Source of the DNA: Chiloscyllium plagiosum
Taxonomy: Eukaryota
Assembly (NCBI RefSeq): GCF_004010195.1
Contig: NC_057719.1
Span: forward strand, 78,454,393 to 78,518,262
Direction of reading: 5' to 3'
Length of the DNA: 63,870 nucleotides
Position numbers and translations under genes: made by a program. The notes under the pieces are model-generated. The model was given only the letters and a program-made list of their open reading frames with translations. It did not search any database and was not told the origin of the DNA. Positions 37,955-48,827 of the stretch are shown in pieces. The number at the start of each line of letters is the position of its first letter. The stretch's first letter is position 1.

Positions 37955-38590
37955 ACTTTTACAGCATGGAAAGAAGTCCTTTGACCCATTGTATCTGCAC
38001 TGGTCATTAAGCACCTATTTACCCTTGTCACATTTGCTAGCATTTGGCCTATAACCTTGTATGTGATGGAGCTTCAAGTGATCATCTAAGTACTACTTCA
38101 ATGTTATGATGGTTCTCGCCTCTACCAACCTTTCAGGCAGTGAGTTCCATCTTTGTGTGAGAAAGTCCCTTTAAAATCTCTTGACCTTTGCCTTAAATCT
38201 ATCTCCTGGTTATTGATCTATCTACTAAGAGGAAAATGTTTTCCCATTTACCTTATCCCTGTCCTTCGTAATTGTGAACACCTTAGTTGGGCTACCACTC
38301 CACCTCTGTGCTCTAACAAAACCACCCCCAGCCTATCAGGCCTCTCTTCATAGCTACAACACTCCAACCCTGGCAGCATTCTGGTGAATCTCCTCTGCAC
38401 CCTGTTTAGTACAATCACATCCTTCCTATAGTATAGTGACCAGAACTTCACAAAGTCCACCATCTATGGTGTAAATAGCATCTTATACTGCTCCATCATA
38501 ACCTCCCTGGTATTGTATTAAATAATAGAGCAAGAATCCCATATGCCGCCTTAATTTCCTTATCCACCTCTCCCATTCCCTTCAGGATTA
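37955..38590 (-). mobile_element. CR1 3' portion, older
   Basis: ORF 38248..38463 FWSLYYRKDVIVLNRVQRRFTRMLPGL. Confidence 0.8.
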
Positions 38591-38635
38591 AATTCCATTT
38601 AAGAACATTGAAAATAGAGCAAATCTAGATCCGCC

Positions 38636-38810
38636 AAATAAAAGCAAAACACTGCAGGTGCTAGAGATCTGCAGTAAAAACCAAGTGCTGGAGAAACACA
38701 GTAGGTTTCTTCTGAAGAGCCAAGAGACATAAGACATTAACTCAATTTCTCTCTCCACAGATGCTGTTGGACCTGCTAAGTTTCTCCAGCGCTTTTTCTG
38801 TTTTTAATTT
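38636..38810. mobile_element. Penelope-derived hairpin element
   Basis: gctggagaaacacagtagg / cctgctaagtttctccagc arms; flanked by tctagatcc repeats; CTGAAGA remnant in the loop. Confidence 0.65.
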
Positions 38811-38969
38811 CTAGATCCCTCATACCTGTCCATAATTCAGTAAGATACGAAAAAGCTTTTCACTTCACCACTGGGCTCAACTGATCACTTCAGTCAGAAA
38901 AGTAACTAATATCAGGAGAGGACTCTGCATGTTTTCATTTGATGCTGAGGTTCTGGAGTCAGGACTGTT

Positions 38970-39465
38970 TTCTCAGTTGGCAATTGCTGTGCAGTCTATA
39001 AATAGGAAGGGACTTCTGTTCAATTAATGTTAAAGTTGCATATGATCAACCATGTCACAGAGAAAGGCAGATGCCCTGAATGTTGTCAGGATGCATTTAT
39101 CCTATGGCAATCAGCGGTACTGCTTTTATGTAATGGAGTTTTAGATAAATAGATGGATCCTGAGAGACCAGAGATCACTTACTGCACCACTTCTAGACCA
39201 CAAACTTTGCCTGGAAGAAAATGAGGATCGTAAGTTTACAATGATATGTGTTAAACATGTCAATGGTGGAGCAAGATTCCTTGCTGTTTGGAATGATATG
39301 GTACAGCCTCAGAAAGGCTTGCGGATTTGGAGTGATGTGTGAAATATAGAAGTGGACTCAGGGGCAGCAGATGAACTGAAAGTTTGGGAAGGTTCTGAAG
39401 ATGATGCTGAGCCTGATGAATTAGCGGCTAACATTCAACAGACTATCATGAACAACTAGTTTGAA
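38970..39465 (+). pseudogene. Decayed PIF/Harbinger (HARBI1-like, DDE_Tnp_4) transposase
   Basis: Mosaic translation: LAIAVQSINRKG/FCSINVKVAYD/RCPECCQDAFILWQS/WILRDQ/YNDMC/MVEQ/WYSLRKAC, then an acidic tail. The order matches NRKG..SINVQ..D, PGS.HDAFIL, WLLGD.GY, YN..H..TR..VE. Confidence 0.7.
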
Positions 39466-39682
39466 TTCATATGAAAAGTTCACTCAACAACTAATACTGA
39501 TTTTTATTTTGTTTCTGATACACTAGGAGCCAAGAGATTCTAGTCAAAACATGTGACAATCCAATCTTCCTCTGTACCAATAATGTATCCCAAGGTCAAA
39601 TTAACTCTCTGCTCAGTTAAAAATCCAGTCTGGTACATGCCTAGTGCTCTCAGTTGTTTTACATTCCCATATCTGCACCATC

Positions 39683-39912
39683 GCTGGGTGCTCCAGTTTC
39701 CTCCCACAGTCCATAGATGTGCAGGTTAGGTGGATGGGCAATGATACATTTCCCATAGTGTCCAGGGATGTGCAGGCTAGATGGATTAGCCATGGGAAAT
39801 GCAGGGTTAAAGGGATAGGGAAGGAGGTGGAGCTGGGTGGGCTGTTTTTTCTGAGGATCGATGTGGACTCAATGGGCCAAATGCTCTATTTTCACTCTGT
39901 AGGGATTCTATG
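39683..39912 (+). mobile_element. HE1 V-SINE, older variant, 5'-truncated
   Basis: gggtgctccagtttcctcccacagtcc..tccagggatgtgcaggctag..gtagggattcta. Confidence 0.8.
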
Positions 39913-40709
39913 AAATGCATGCCATATCTCCTAATCTGGTATAAAGCGATGAAATGGCTAAAGGGTTTCCGAAGTTTTTCCTGGATTAGTTGCAATGTTG
40001 GAGCTGCAATCAATGGTACCAGTTTGGTTGCTTTGGTAGGTTTTGACCGGGCTAAAATAAGCAAGTCATGGCAGGAAAGCAGACAGTTTTGACTTGCCCT
40101 AACAGACAACTTCTTCTGTGAAAGCTTCTATCCTAGCCTTAAATGGGGCAGTGTTTAAACCTATTCTGTTATCTGAATGGAAGAAAGCAACAATTGGCCA
40201 AGTTTCATCTGAATTGTGACAGAACATGAGAATCTACAGCTTTATGCCTTGGTCAGTACGATCCTGAGAGAGCCCACACCAGTACTGAGGGTCATCATCA
40301 AAACAGTTCCTCGATGATAGCAAGCCCTGATGTGCCACATACTCCAGCCTGGATTTTGGCTCTGTAAAGCAGTCAAGCACCACAGCAGCATTGGTGCTGG
40401 TGGACATCCCTATGCTAAAACACCTTGTAGGATGTTTCATGCTTTCTGGAAAGAGAACGACCAGTGTCCAAATCTGGAAAGGTTATGTTTGTTGCTATGG
40501 CAACTGCAAGGGGTGCCGATCCAGACCGTGACAGGATACGTGATGTCACTGCCAGCAGCACCACAGGACTTGGATAATAGATTCATTATTTAAGCTTAAT
40601 CCACATAGCAATCTGAGGCCCCCTGCAGTGATTTACAAAGTTGTTGATAGCCATTGGGGTCTCGCTTTTCCCGCTCCCTGAGTGAAATGGATGACATGTC
40701 AGGGACAGG

Positions 40710-40890
40710 TAGACAAGCAGGAGGCTGGAAGAGCGCAGCAAGCCAGACAACATCAGGACATGGATGCAACCCTCCTTCAGGAAGAAATGTCAACTTCTCC
40801 ACCTCCTGATGCTGCTCGGCTTGCTGTGTTCTTTCAGCCTCCTACTTGCCGACCTTGGATTCAAGCATCTGCTGCCTTTTAGTCTCTAAC
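40710..40890. mobile_element. Penelope-derived hairpin element (same family as the 9740 terminal repeat)
   Basis: Arms caagcaggaggctggaagagcgcagcaagcc / ggcttgctgtgttctttcagcctcctacttg; cagggacagg repeated at 40700-40709 and 40896-40905. Confidence 0.75.
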
Positions 40891-41204
40891 CAAGCCAGGG
40901 ACAGGGGCTATGGGAAAGCACAAGGTGAGGGAGACAGTGGGATGAAGGGGGAGAGGCAGCAATAACAGACAGTTCAGTTCCAAATCCAGTGCAATGCAGA
41001 TGCACAATAATGACATGAACAGCACTGACTTACTGTTCAAATACGTTGGCAGGAGACAGACCGATCTGAGAGTCCATTAACCAAAATCGCCAGGAATTAG
41101 TTTTATTGCCTGAAATAATGCTCCTCCGTCAGCTCTGTGTTTTACCTGGTTCTCTGAATGGTAGGGATCTCCAGTATATCTCCATCCTACAGGTTCTCTG
41201 CCTG

Positions 41205-41338
41205 TATTCCTGATGAAGGGCTTTTGCCCGAAACATCAATTTTCCTGCTCCTCGGATGCTGCCTGAACTGCTGTGCTTTTCCAGCACCACTCTAATCTAC
41301 ACTCTGGTTTCCAGCATCTGCAGTCATTGTTTTTACCT
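41205..41338 (+). mobile_element. Penelope terminal-repeat fragment with a hammerhead core
   Basis: ttc-CTGATGA-a-gggc-tttt-gccc-GAAAC-ATC (41210-41237), followed by the second-family arm. Confidence 0.8.
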
Positions 41339-41984
41339 ATCTCCAATGTATGCATTCCTATGCCAAATATTGCTATATACTGCAAGGTCGAAATCTACAT
41401 GAATTAGCCCTGTGAATTCTTGTATTTAGGCAGCATGTATGGCATACAATAGATGCAAGCAACGAATGATTTATAACAAATCCAGCTTTCTCAGATCTGT
41501 CATGTTACTTGACACAGTTGGTTATGTTAAAGGGGAGTTTGGTTTGGACAAAATGTTGAGTGTTCAAGAAAGATTCACAGAGAGAATGGAAAGCTGCAAT
41601 TAAATCTTTACACCTGGATTTACAGATTGCTGTTATTTTAGTCTTATCCAACAGGATCCAGTGAATCCAGGCCCACAAATAGCAGCAGCAACTTTTCTCC
41701 AGAAGAATTAAAGATTTCAGGTTTGATGACCTCCCAGTTGTCATTTATCTTTCTCTCTTTCCTGATTTTGTAAATAAATGAGTGATGTCTTGTATATTTA
41801 GAGATCCACAATGTAAGGGATTTTCACCTTGCCCCAAGATATGAGCATACAGCAAAGTATATATTGGTTGAAAACCAATTTTGTAGAGTTCCAATGGTCC
41901 TGTTAAAGACCATTCAGCCCATAGAATCCCTGCTGGCTTGCTGTAGAGCAATCTGATGGGTTTAGTTCAATCAGTCATCAGCCA

Positions 41985-42293
41985 AGGGTAGCAATTTGGC
42001 TCAGTGGTTAGCACTGCAGCCTCACAGCATCAGGGACCCAGCTTCGATTCCAGCCTCAGGTGACTGTCTGTGTGGAGTTTGCACATTCTCCCTGTGGGTT
42101 TCTTCCGGGTGCTCCAGTTTCTCCCCTTAGTCCAAAGGTGTGCAGGTTACATGAATTGGTCCCTCTAAATTGCCTTAAGCATTGAGTGCATTAGTTAGAG
42201 GGAGATGAGTCTGGGTGGGTTGCTCTTCGGAGGGTTGACGTGGACTTGTTGTACCAAAGGGCTTGTTTCCACACTGTAGGGAATCTAATCTAA
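41985..42293 (+). mobile_element. HE1 V-SINE inside an old minus-strand CR1 3' fragment (about 41900-42620)
   Basis: tggctcagtggttagcactgcagcctcacagc..ctgtgtggagtttgcacattctcc..aatctaatct. Confidence 0.85.
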
Positions 42294-42714
42294 TTGTTAC
42301 TTCAACCACCTTTTAAATGCAGCAGGTTCCAGGCAACTGAAAGATACTGCATTAGGAAGGTGGTGCTGTATGTGTCTATTACCCCCACCTGTTACCAGTA
42401 CCACCAGCAGCTCACAATTTTAATTCTGTATCCCACAGACCATACGCGATAATACTGTAAGCTTAGGGAACAGCTTTTCTTTGTGCATCTTATCTCTGTC
42501 TGTCTTTGATACATGTCAATCAAATCCCCTTTGCTCTGTGGAGGCAACTGCAGCTTATCTCGCCTAACATTGCTGAAATCCTGCATCCCCTGGAACCATT
42601 CTGTCAAAGCCTCTCAACATTGTGAGTCTATCATTTCTGAATTTTAAAAAAACAGTGACTCCAATAACTTAAAGGTTTGTTTGTGAGTTTCAAGACATGC
42701 ATGAGTATGAGCTA

Positions 42715-43920
42715 TTCCCCATAATCCTCAATTCCCTTACTGATTAAAATTCTGTCTATCTCGAACTTGATTATACTTAACAACCCATCGTCGACAGCCC
42801 TTTGCAGTAAGGATTTCCACAGAATGCCAACCCTCTTAATGGTAAGGTCCTGGGAGTGTTGCTGAGCGAAGAGACCTTGGAGTGCAGGTTCATTGTTCCT
42901 TGAAGGTGGAGTGCAGGTAGGTAGGATAGTGAAGGCAGCATTTGATATGCTTTCCTTTATTGGTCAGAGCATTTGAGTATAGGTGGTGAGAGGTCATGTT
43001 GTGGCTGTACAGGACGTTGGTCAGGCCACTTTTGGAATATTGTGTGTAATACTGGTCTCCCTGTTATAGGAAAGGTGTGAAAGGGTTCAGAAAAGATTTA
43101 CAAGGATATTGTATGGGTTAGAGGATTTGAGTTATAGGGAGAGGCTGAATAGGATGGGGCTGTATTCCCTGGGTGAGGGGTGAAATTATAAAGGTTTATA
43201 AAATCATGAGGGGCCTGGATAGACAGGGTCTTTTCCCTGGGTTAGGGGAGTCCAGACCTAGAGGTTTACGGTGAGAGAGGCAAGATATAAAAGGGACCTA
43301 AGGGGCAATGTTTTCATGCAGAGGGTGGTATGTGAATGGAGTGAGCTTCCAGAGGAAGTAGTGGAGGCTAGTACAATTACAACATTTAAAAGGCATCAGG
43401 ATGGGTATATGATAAGGAAGGGTTTAGAGAGATCAAATGTTGGCACATGAGACTAAATTAATTTAGGATATCTGGTCAGCTTGGGCGAGTTGGACCAAAG
43501 GGTTTGGTTCAGTGCTGTACAGCTCTATGACTCTAAGAAATGCCTCTTCATCTCTGCCTTAAATGGGTGGACCCTGATTCCAAGGAGATACCCTCTGGTC
43601 TGAAACACTCACACAAGGGGAAACAACTTCGCTGCAGCTACCCTGTCCAGCCCCTTCAGAAGCTTGTACAATGCCCCTCATTCTTCTAAACACCAATGAA
43701 TACCTATCCAACTCAACCTGTATTTATCAGACAATCCTTCCATACCCAGGATCAGCCTCATGGACCTTTTCTGGCCTGTCTCCGATGCAGTATACAATTC
43801 CTTGGGTCCAAAACTGTTCACACTATTCCACTTGTGGTCTAAATAAAGCCTCACATAGTTTTAGTGAAACCTTCCTATTTTCATATTCCATTTCATTTGA
43901 AATGTACCCTTCCCCATTAC
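42715..43920. mobile_element. Minus-strand CR1 3' region split by a plus-strand CR1/HER1 (about 42836-43535)
   Basis: The plus copy matches 36972-37765 and ends ctctatgactct; the flanks continue as antisense CR1. Confidence 0.82.
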
Positions 43921-43954
43921 CTGTTACTGGACTTGATTCATTTTCTCGGCAGAA

Positions 43955-44135
43955 GTGGGTACTGCAGATGCTGGAGAAGAAGGGCTTTTGACCGAAACGT
44001 CGATTTTCCTGCTCCTCGGATGCTGCCTGACCAGTTGTGCTTTTCCAGCACCACTCTGATGTTGACTCAAATTGTTTTCTCTCCAGACTGCCAGACCTGT
44101 TGAGTTTCCTCCAGCAATTTCTTGTTTTGTTTTGT
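43955..44135 (+). mobile_element. Composite Penelope terminal-repeat fragments
   Basis: gaagaagggcttttgaccGAAACGTCgattttcctgctcctcggatgctgcc...; the CTGA half of the core is lost. Confidence 0.7.
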
Positions 44136-44439
44136 TTCAGCTAAACTTACATTTCCCTGGTTAACCGTGGTTGGTTTATCCTCTTCCTAAAATCCTCCTT
44201 TCTGACTGGAATTTATCATGTGAACCATGACCGATTTTCTTACACGTCTATCAGTTTTCCTCAAGTGTGTGTCTGGTAACCTCCTTTCCTGATCTAATCC
44301 AATCAGGTCTGCCCTTAATTTCTTGTAATTGTTTTTATATATCTTAGTATATTTGCTTCTGATCCTAGTCAAACTGAACACATACTTTGACTATGTTATA
44401 GTCACTGTTTCCAATGAAATCTCTTAATTCTGTCGGATA

Positions 44440-44742
44440 ATTAGATTAGATTCCCTACAGTATGGGAACAGGCCCTTCAGCCCAACAAGTCCACACCGAC
44501 CCTCTGAAGAGCAACCCGCCCAGACCCATTCCCCTACACCTAACATTGTGGACAATTTTAGCACGGCCAATTCACCTAACCTGCACACCTTTGGACTGTG
44601 GGAGGAAACCGGAGCACCCGGAGGAAACCCGCACAGACTTTGGGCGAATGTGCAAACTCCACGCAGACAGTTGCCCAAGGTGGGAATTGAACACAGTTCC
44701 CTGGAGTTGTGAGGCAGTAGTGCTAACCACTGAGCCACCGTT
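44440..44742 (-). mobile_element. HE1 V-SINE
   Basis: Antisense full-length HE1. Confidence 0.88.
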
Positions 44743-45054
44743 CTGCCCTCTACAACACCAGATCCAAAAAAGCCTGATATAAGGTTGATTCATAACGCAT
44801 TGTTCTCGGGAACTGCCCCGAATACATTCTATCAATTCTTTTACATGGCTTCCTTGGCCAATTTCACATGAAGATTAAAGTCACCCATGATTAATGTACA
44901 GCCTTTTTTCCTTGCCCTCAATATTTCCTGATTTATTCTGTGTCCCGCCATACATCTACTGCCAGTAGACTACACCTGCCTGTGTCTCCTTCCCCTTTTT
45001 ATCTCTTACCTCCATCAATGTAGATTCTACACCTTCCAATCCAAGGTAATCTGC

Positions 45055-46970
45055 CATGGGTGTCTAAGGAAATAAGGGAGGCTATCAAATTGAAAGAAAA
45101 GGCACACAAAGTGGCCAAGATCAGTGGGAAACTAGAAGTTTGGGAAAGCTTTAAAAGGTCAACAGAAAGCCACAAAAAAGCTATAAAGAAAAGTAAGATT
45201 ATGAGAATAAACTCGCTCAGAATATAAAGACAGATAGCAAAAGTTTCTAGAAATATATAAAATGAAAACGAGTGGCTCGTGTAAACATTGATCCTTTAGA
45301 GGACGAATTTAGTAATAGGATATGAAGAAATGGCCAAAGCATTGAAAGGTATTTTATGTCAATTTTCACAGTGGAGGACACTAATAACATACCAGTAATT
45401 GACAAAGAAGGTAGGTGAAGACCTGGAAACAATCACTATCTTGAAAAGAGTGGTGTTGGGCAAGCTAATGGAGCTAAGGATAGACAAGTCTCCGGGCCCG
45501 GATGGAATGCATCGTAGGGTATTAGAAGAGATGGTGGCAGAAGTGGCAGATGCATTTGTGATAATTTTCCAAAATTCACTGGACTCTGGGGCAGTTCCAG
45601 CAGGTTGTAATACTGCAAATGGGAGGTAGACAAAAAGGTGGAGAATTATAGACCAGTTAGCTTAACCTCTGTAATGGAGAAAATGCTTGAGTCTATTATC
45701 AAGGAAGAAATGACAAGACATCCAGATAGAAATTATCCTGTTGGGCAGACTCAGCATGGGTTCATGAAAGGCAGGTCATGCTTAACCTATCTACTGGAAT
45801 TGTATGATGACATTATGAACACGGTGGACAACGGGGACACAGTGAATTGGTGCATCAAGATTTCCAAAAGACATTTAACAAGGTGCAGCACAAAAGGCTG
45901 CTGCATAAGATAAAGATGCAAGGTGTTACGGGCAATGTAATAGCATGGATAGAGGATTGGTTGACTAACAGGAAGCAAAGAGTGGGGATAAATGAGTGCT
46001 ATTCTGGCTGACCAACAGTGACTAGTGCTGTGCCTCAGTATTGGGACTGAAATTCTTCACAATTTACATAGATGATTTGGATTTGCGGACCACACATAAT
46101 GTGTCAAAATTTGCGGATGACACTAAGATGAGTGGCAGAGCAAAGCGTGCAGAGGACTGTGAAAATTTGAAATGGGACATAGTGAGTGGGCAAAGGTCTG
46201 GGAGATGGAGTACAATGTTAACAAATATGAAGTCATCCATTTCGGTAGGAATAACAATAAAAAGGACAATTACTTGAATGGTAAAAAGTTGCAACTTGCT
46301 GCTATGCAGAGTGTCCTGGGTATCCTTGTGCATGAATTACAGAAGGTCGGTCGCTCCCTCTGTCCAGGCCTGGAGGAGGTTACAGAAGGTTGGTCCGCAG
46401 GTTCAACAATTAATTAAGGAGGCAAATGGAATTGTATCCTTCATTGCTAAAGGGGTTGAGTTTAAAAGCAAAGAGGTTATGTTGCAGCTGTATAGGGTGC
46501 TGGTGAGGCCACACCTGGGGTACTGCGTGCAGTTTTGGTCTCCTTACTTGAGAAAGGATGTGCTGGTACTGGAGGGGGTGCAGAGGGATGTTCAGTAGGT
46601 TGATTCCAGAGTTGAGGGGGTTGGCTTATGAGGAGATACTGAGTAGATGGGATTATATTCATTTGTGTTGAGAAGAATGAGGGGGGATCTTATCGAAACA
46701 TATAAAATTATGAAGGGAATAGATAAGACAGAAGTAGAGAGAGTGTTTCCACTGGTGGGTGAAACTAGGACAAGAGGGCATAGCCTCAAAATTAGGACTG
46801 AATTGAGAAGGACAGATAATTTTTTGAACAGTAATGGAATTAAGCGTTATGTTAAGAGGGTGGGTAAGAGGAGCTGAGGCCATGAAAAGATCCGTCATGA
46901 TCTTAATGAACAGAGGAGCAGGCTCAAAGGGCCAGAGGGCCTTCTCCTGCTACAAGTTCTTATTGTCTTG
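45055..46970 (+). pseudogene. CR1 ORF2 (RT) plus 3' end, about 1.9 kb, frameshifted
   Basis: KSPGPDGMH; NYRPVSLTSV; QHGFMKGRSCLT; FTIYIDDL..SKFADDTK (YADD-equivalent); LYRVLVRPHLGYCVQFWSP; RGDLIETYKIM. Confidence 0.93.
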
Positions 46971-47599
46971 TGTCATTTTTTGTTATTGTATCTATTCCAT
47001 CCCATACTGAAAAAAAAGCTATCACCTCCCCTCAACTGTTTCCTTACAGCCTATCCTTTCAAAATATCACATCCTGAATATTTGTTTCCTAGCTTTGATC
47101 TACTTGTAACCATATCCCTGTAACAGCTTTAAGATTATATGCATTAATTTGTACTTGTGCAATTAATTCAGTTATTTTGTTCTGAATACAACGCACATTC
47201 AAACAAATTTGCCTTTTTATCATATTTACTGCTGTTTTGATAAACTCGTCCCTCCCTGCACTTCCTACTCTGGACATTGTTATCCAAATAGCTGCATTGT
47301 AATGCTGCCATAACCTCTTGCTTTATAAGCAATGTTAAAAATTTCATAACACTAGGTTATAGTCCAATAGGCTTATCTGGGCCGACATGACACCAATTGT
47401 TAAAGTTCACTTGAGAATGTAACTTTAAAAAAGTTCTGGGATTTACATTTGAAAGAACTGAAATCAGCATCTTCATTCTAAAAGATGAGAGACTTAACAA
47501 ACAATTTCAGGTCCTTTTTAATATACAATTCCAGTTGCATCACACTGTAAATGTTTGCTATAAATTCTGTGTCTTACGATCTTATACTCCAAATCCACA

Positions 47600-47821
47600 C
47601 CCACTCGATGTGTGTCACTCAGATGGGATGTGTGGGGGTGTGGCCAGCACTGGCAGGCCTCCATTTTGTTTCAGGGCCCGTTTTACTCACAGTAAGTCTG
47701 TTCTTCAGAAAGATTTTTAAAAGTTTCACCATCAAGCTGCCACTTATTTGAAATTTGAAAAAATCTGAATTCCAAAAACCAACTGGTTCCGAGCATTTCG
47801 GATTAAGGATTGTGCACCTGT
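47600..47821. mobile_element. Tigger/pogo-like MITE remnant (one TIR)
   Basis: The reverse complement of the right end, caggtgcacaatccttaatccgaaatgctcggaaccag, resembles Tigger4-type termini. Confidence 0.5.
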
Positions 47822-47839
47822 GCAAGCTTTCAAAGCTCT

Positions 47840-47882
47840 AAGGTACCTGATGAAGGAGCAGCGCTTTGAAAGCTTGTACCTT
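47840..47882 (+). ncRNA. Minimal type I hammerhead ribozyme motif
   Basis: aaggtac-CTGATGA-a-ggagc-agc-gcttt-GAAAG-CTT-gtacctt: 7-bp stem I, 5-bp stem II (two G-U pairs), complete core, NUH triplet, loop-less palindromic stem III. Confidence 0.75.
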
Positions 47883-48260
47883 CAAATAAACCTGTTAGAC
47901 GATAACCTAGTCTTGTGATTTTTTAAAAAGTTTTTATCCACCCCATTCCAACACCAGCACTTCCACATCATTTATAAGCAATGTTCTCTCTGAGGGCCCA
48001 AGCCCAGACATCAGCGTGCCAACACTTTCAAAGGTTGCATACAAACCTCAGAGGTAGACACAGATGGAAACATAATCAGCTCAAACACTTTCTTTATCTA
48101 ACCCCATTATTTCCCCACTCCCAAACCCCGCCCCACCCCCTCTAAATAGTTGAAAGCCCGACCCACAGCCCTCGTTATTTAATTTGCCAGGAAACTGGTC
48201 CCAGTACAGTTCAAGTGAAGCCTGTCCCATCAGGCCAGTTCTCCTCTACTCCAGTGCTGG

Positions 48261-48827
48261 TGAGGATCTAGGAATTTAGGCAACAAAATATGTAGATTTT
48301 TATTTCAACAAAATGGTTTCTTGATTTAAAAGAATACTACAAAATGGCCTGTGAACCATACTGCTGAACATACTGCTGATTTACAGAATTAACTTGCAGT
48401 TCAAAGATAAGAGGACAATAGAGGTTTCATAAGATGAATACTGACACATTAATTGACCATTTGAACTAACCTTGAACTAACACATGGCATGACAAATTAC
48501 GTAAATTAGACATTCTTCTTAAAGAAAATATCATTGGATTAACTTGCTGTAAATCATTTCACCTTATTATATGTGATTGGTCTTTCTTATAATTAAGACT
48601 GTACTATTTCTTAAAAAACATATATATAATGTGTAATTTTCTAATGTCATTGCGCAACTTCATCACGGAATGCAGAAGCTTCAATCTCTGTGTTGCTGGA
48701 TAGAATTGCGTCAAGGTACCTTAATTCAATAAACTAATGACCCTTGCTTTTTGAATAGACCGCATATGTCGATTCCTTTGACCGATCTCGAACCAAGAGA
48801 CCCCTCTTGAGGGGACGCAGAACTTCA
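48261..48827 (+). mobile_element. Solo LTR (ERV- or Gypsy-type), 567 bp
   Basis: TGAGG...CTTCA termini; 4-bp TSD CTGG (48257-48260, 48828-48831); ATTGG at 48533 and 48576; TATATATAA at 48621; AATAAA at 48728. The host CR1 is contiguous across it. Confidence 0.8.

Larger units (their letters stand above)
47337..47970 (+). mobile_element. Penelope 3' region with an inverted partial terminal repeat
   Basis: Same terminal repeat as 3890-4098 at both ends in opposite orientation; 15-bp TSD TTTATAAGCAATGTT at 47322-47336 and 47971-47985. Confidence 0.8.
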
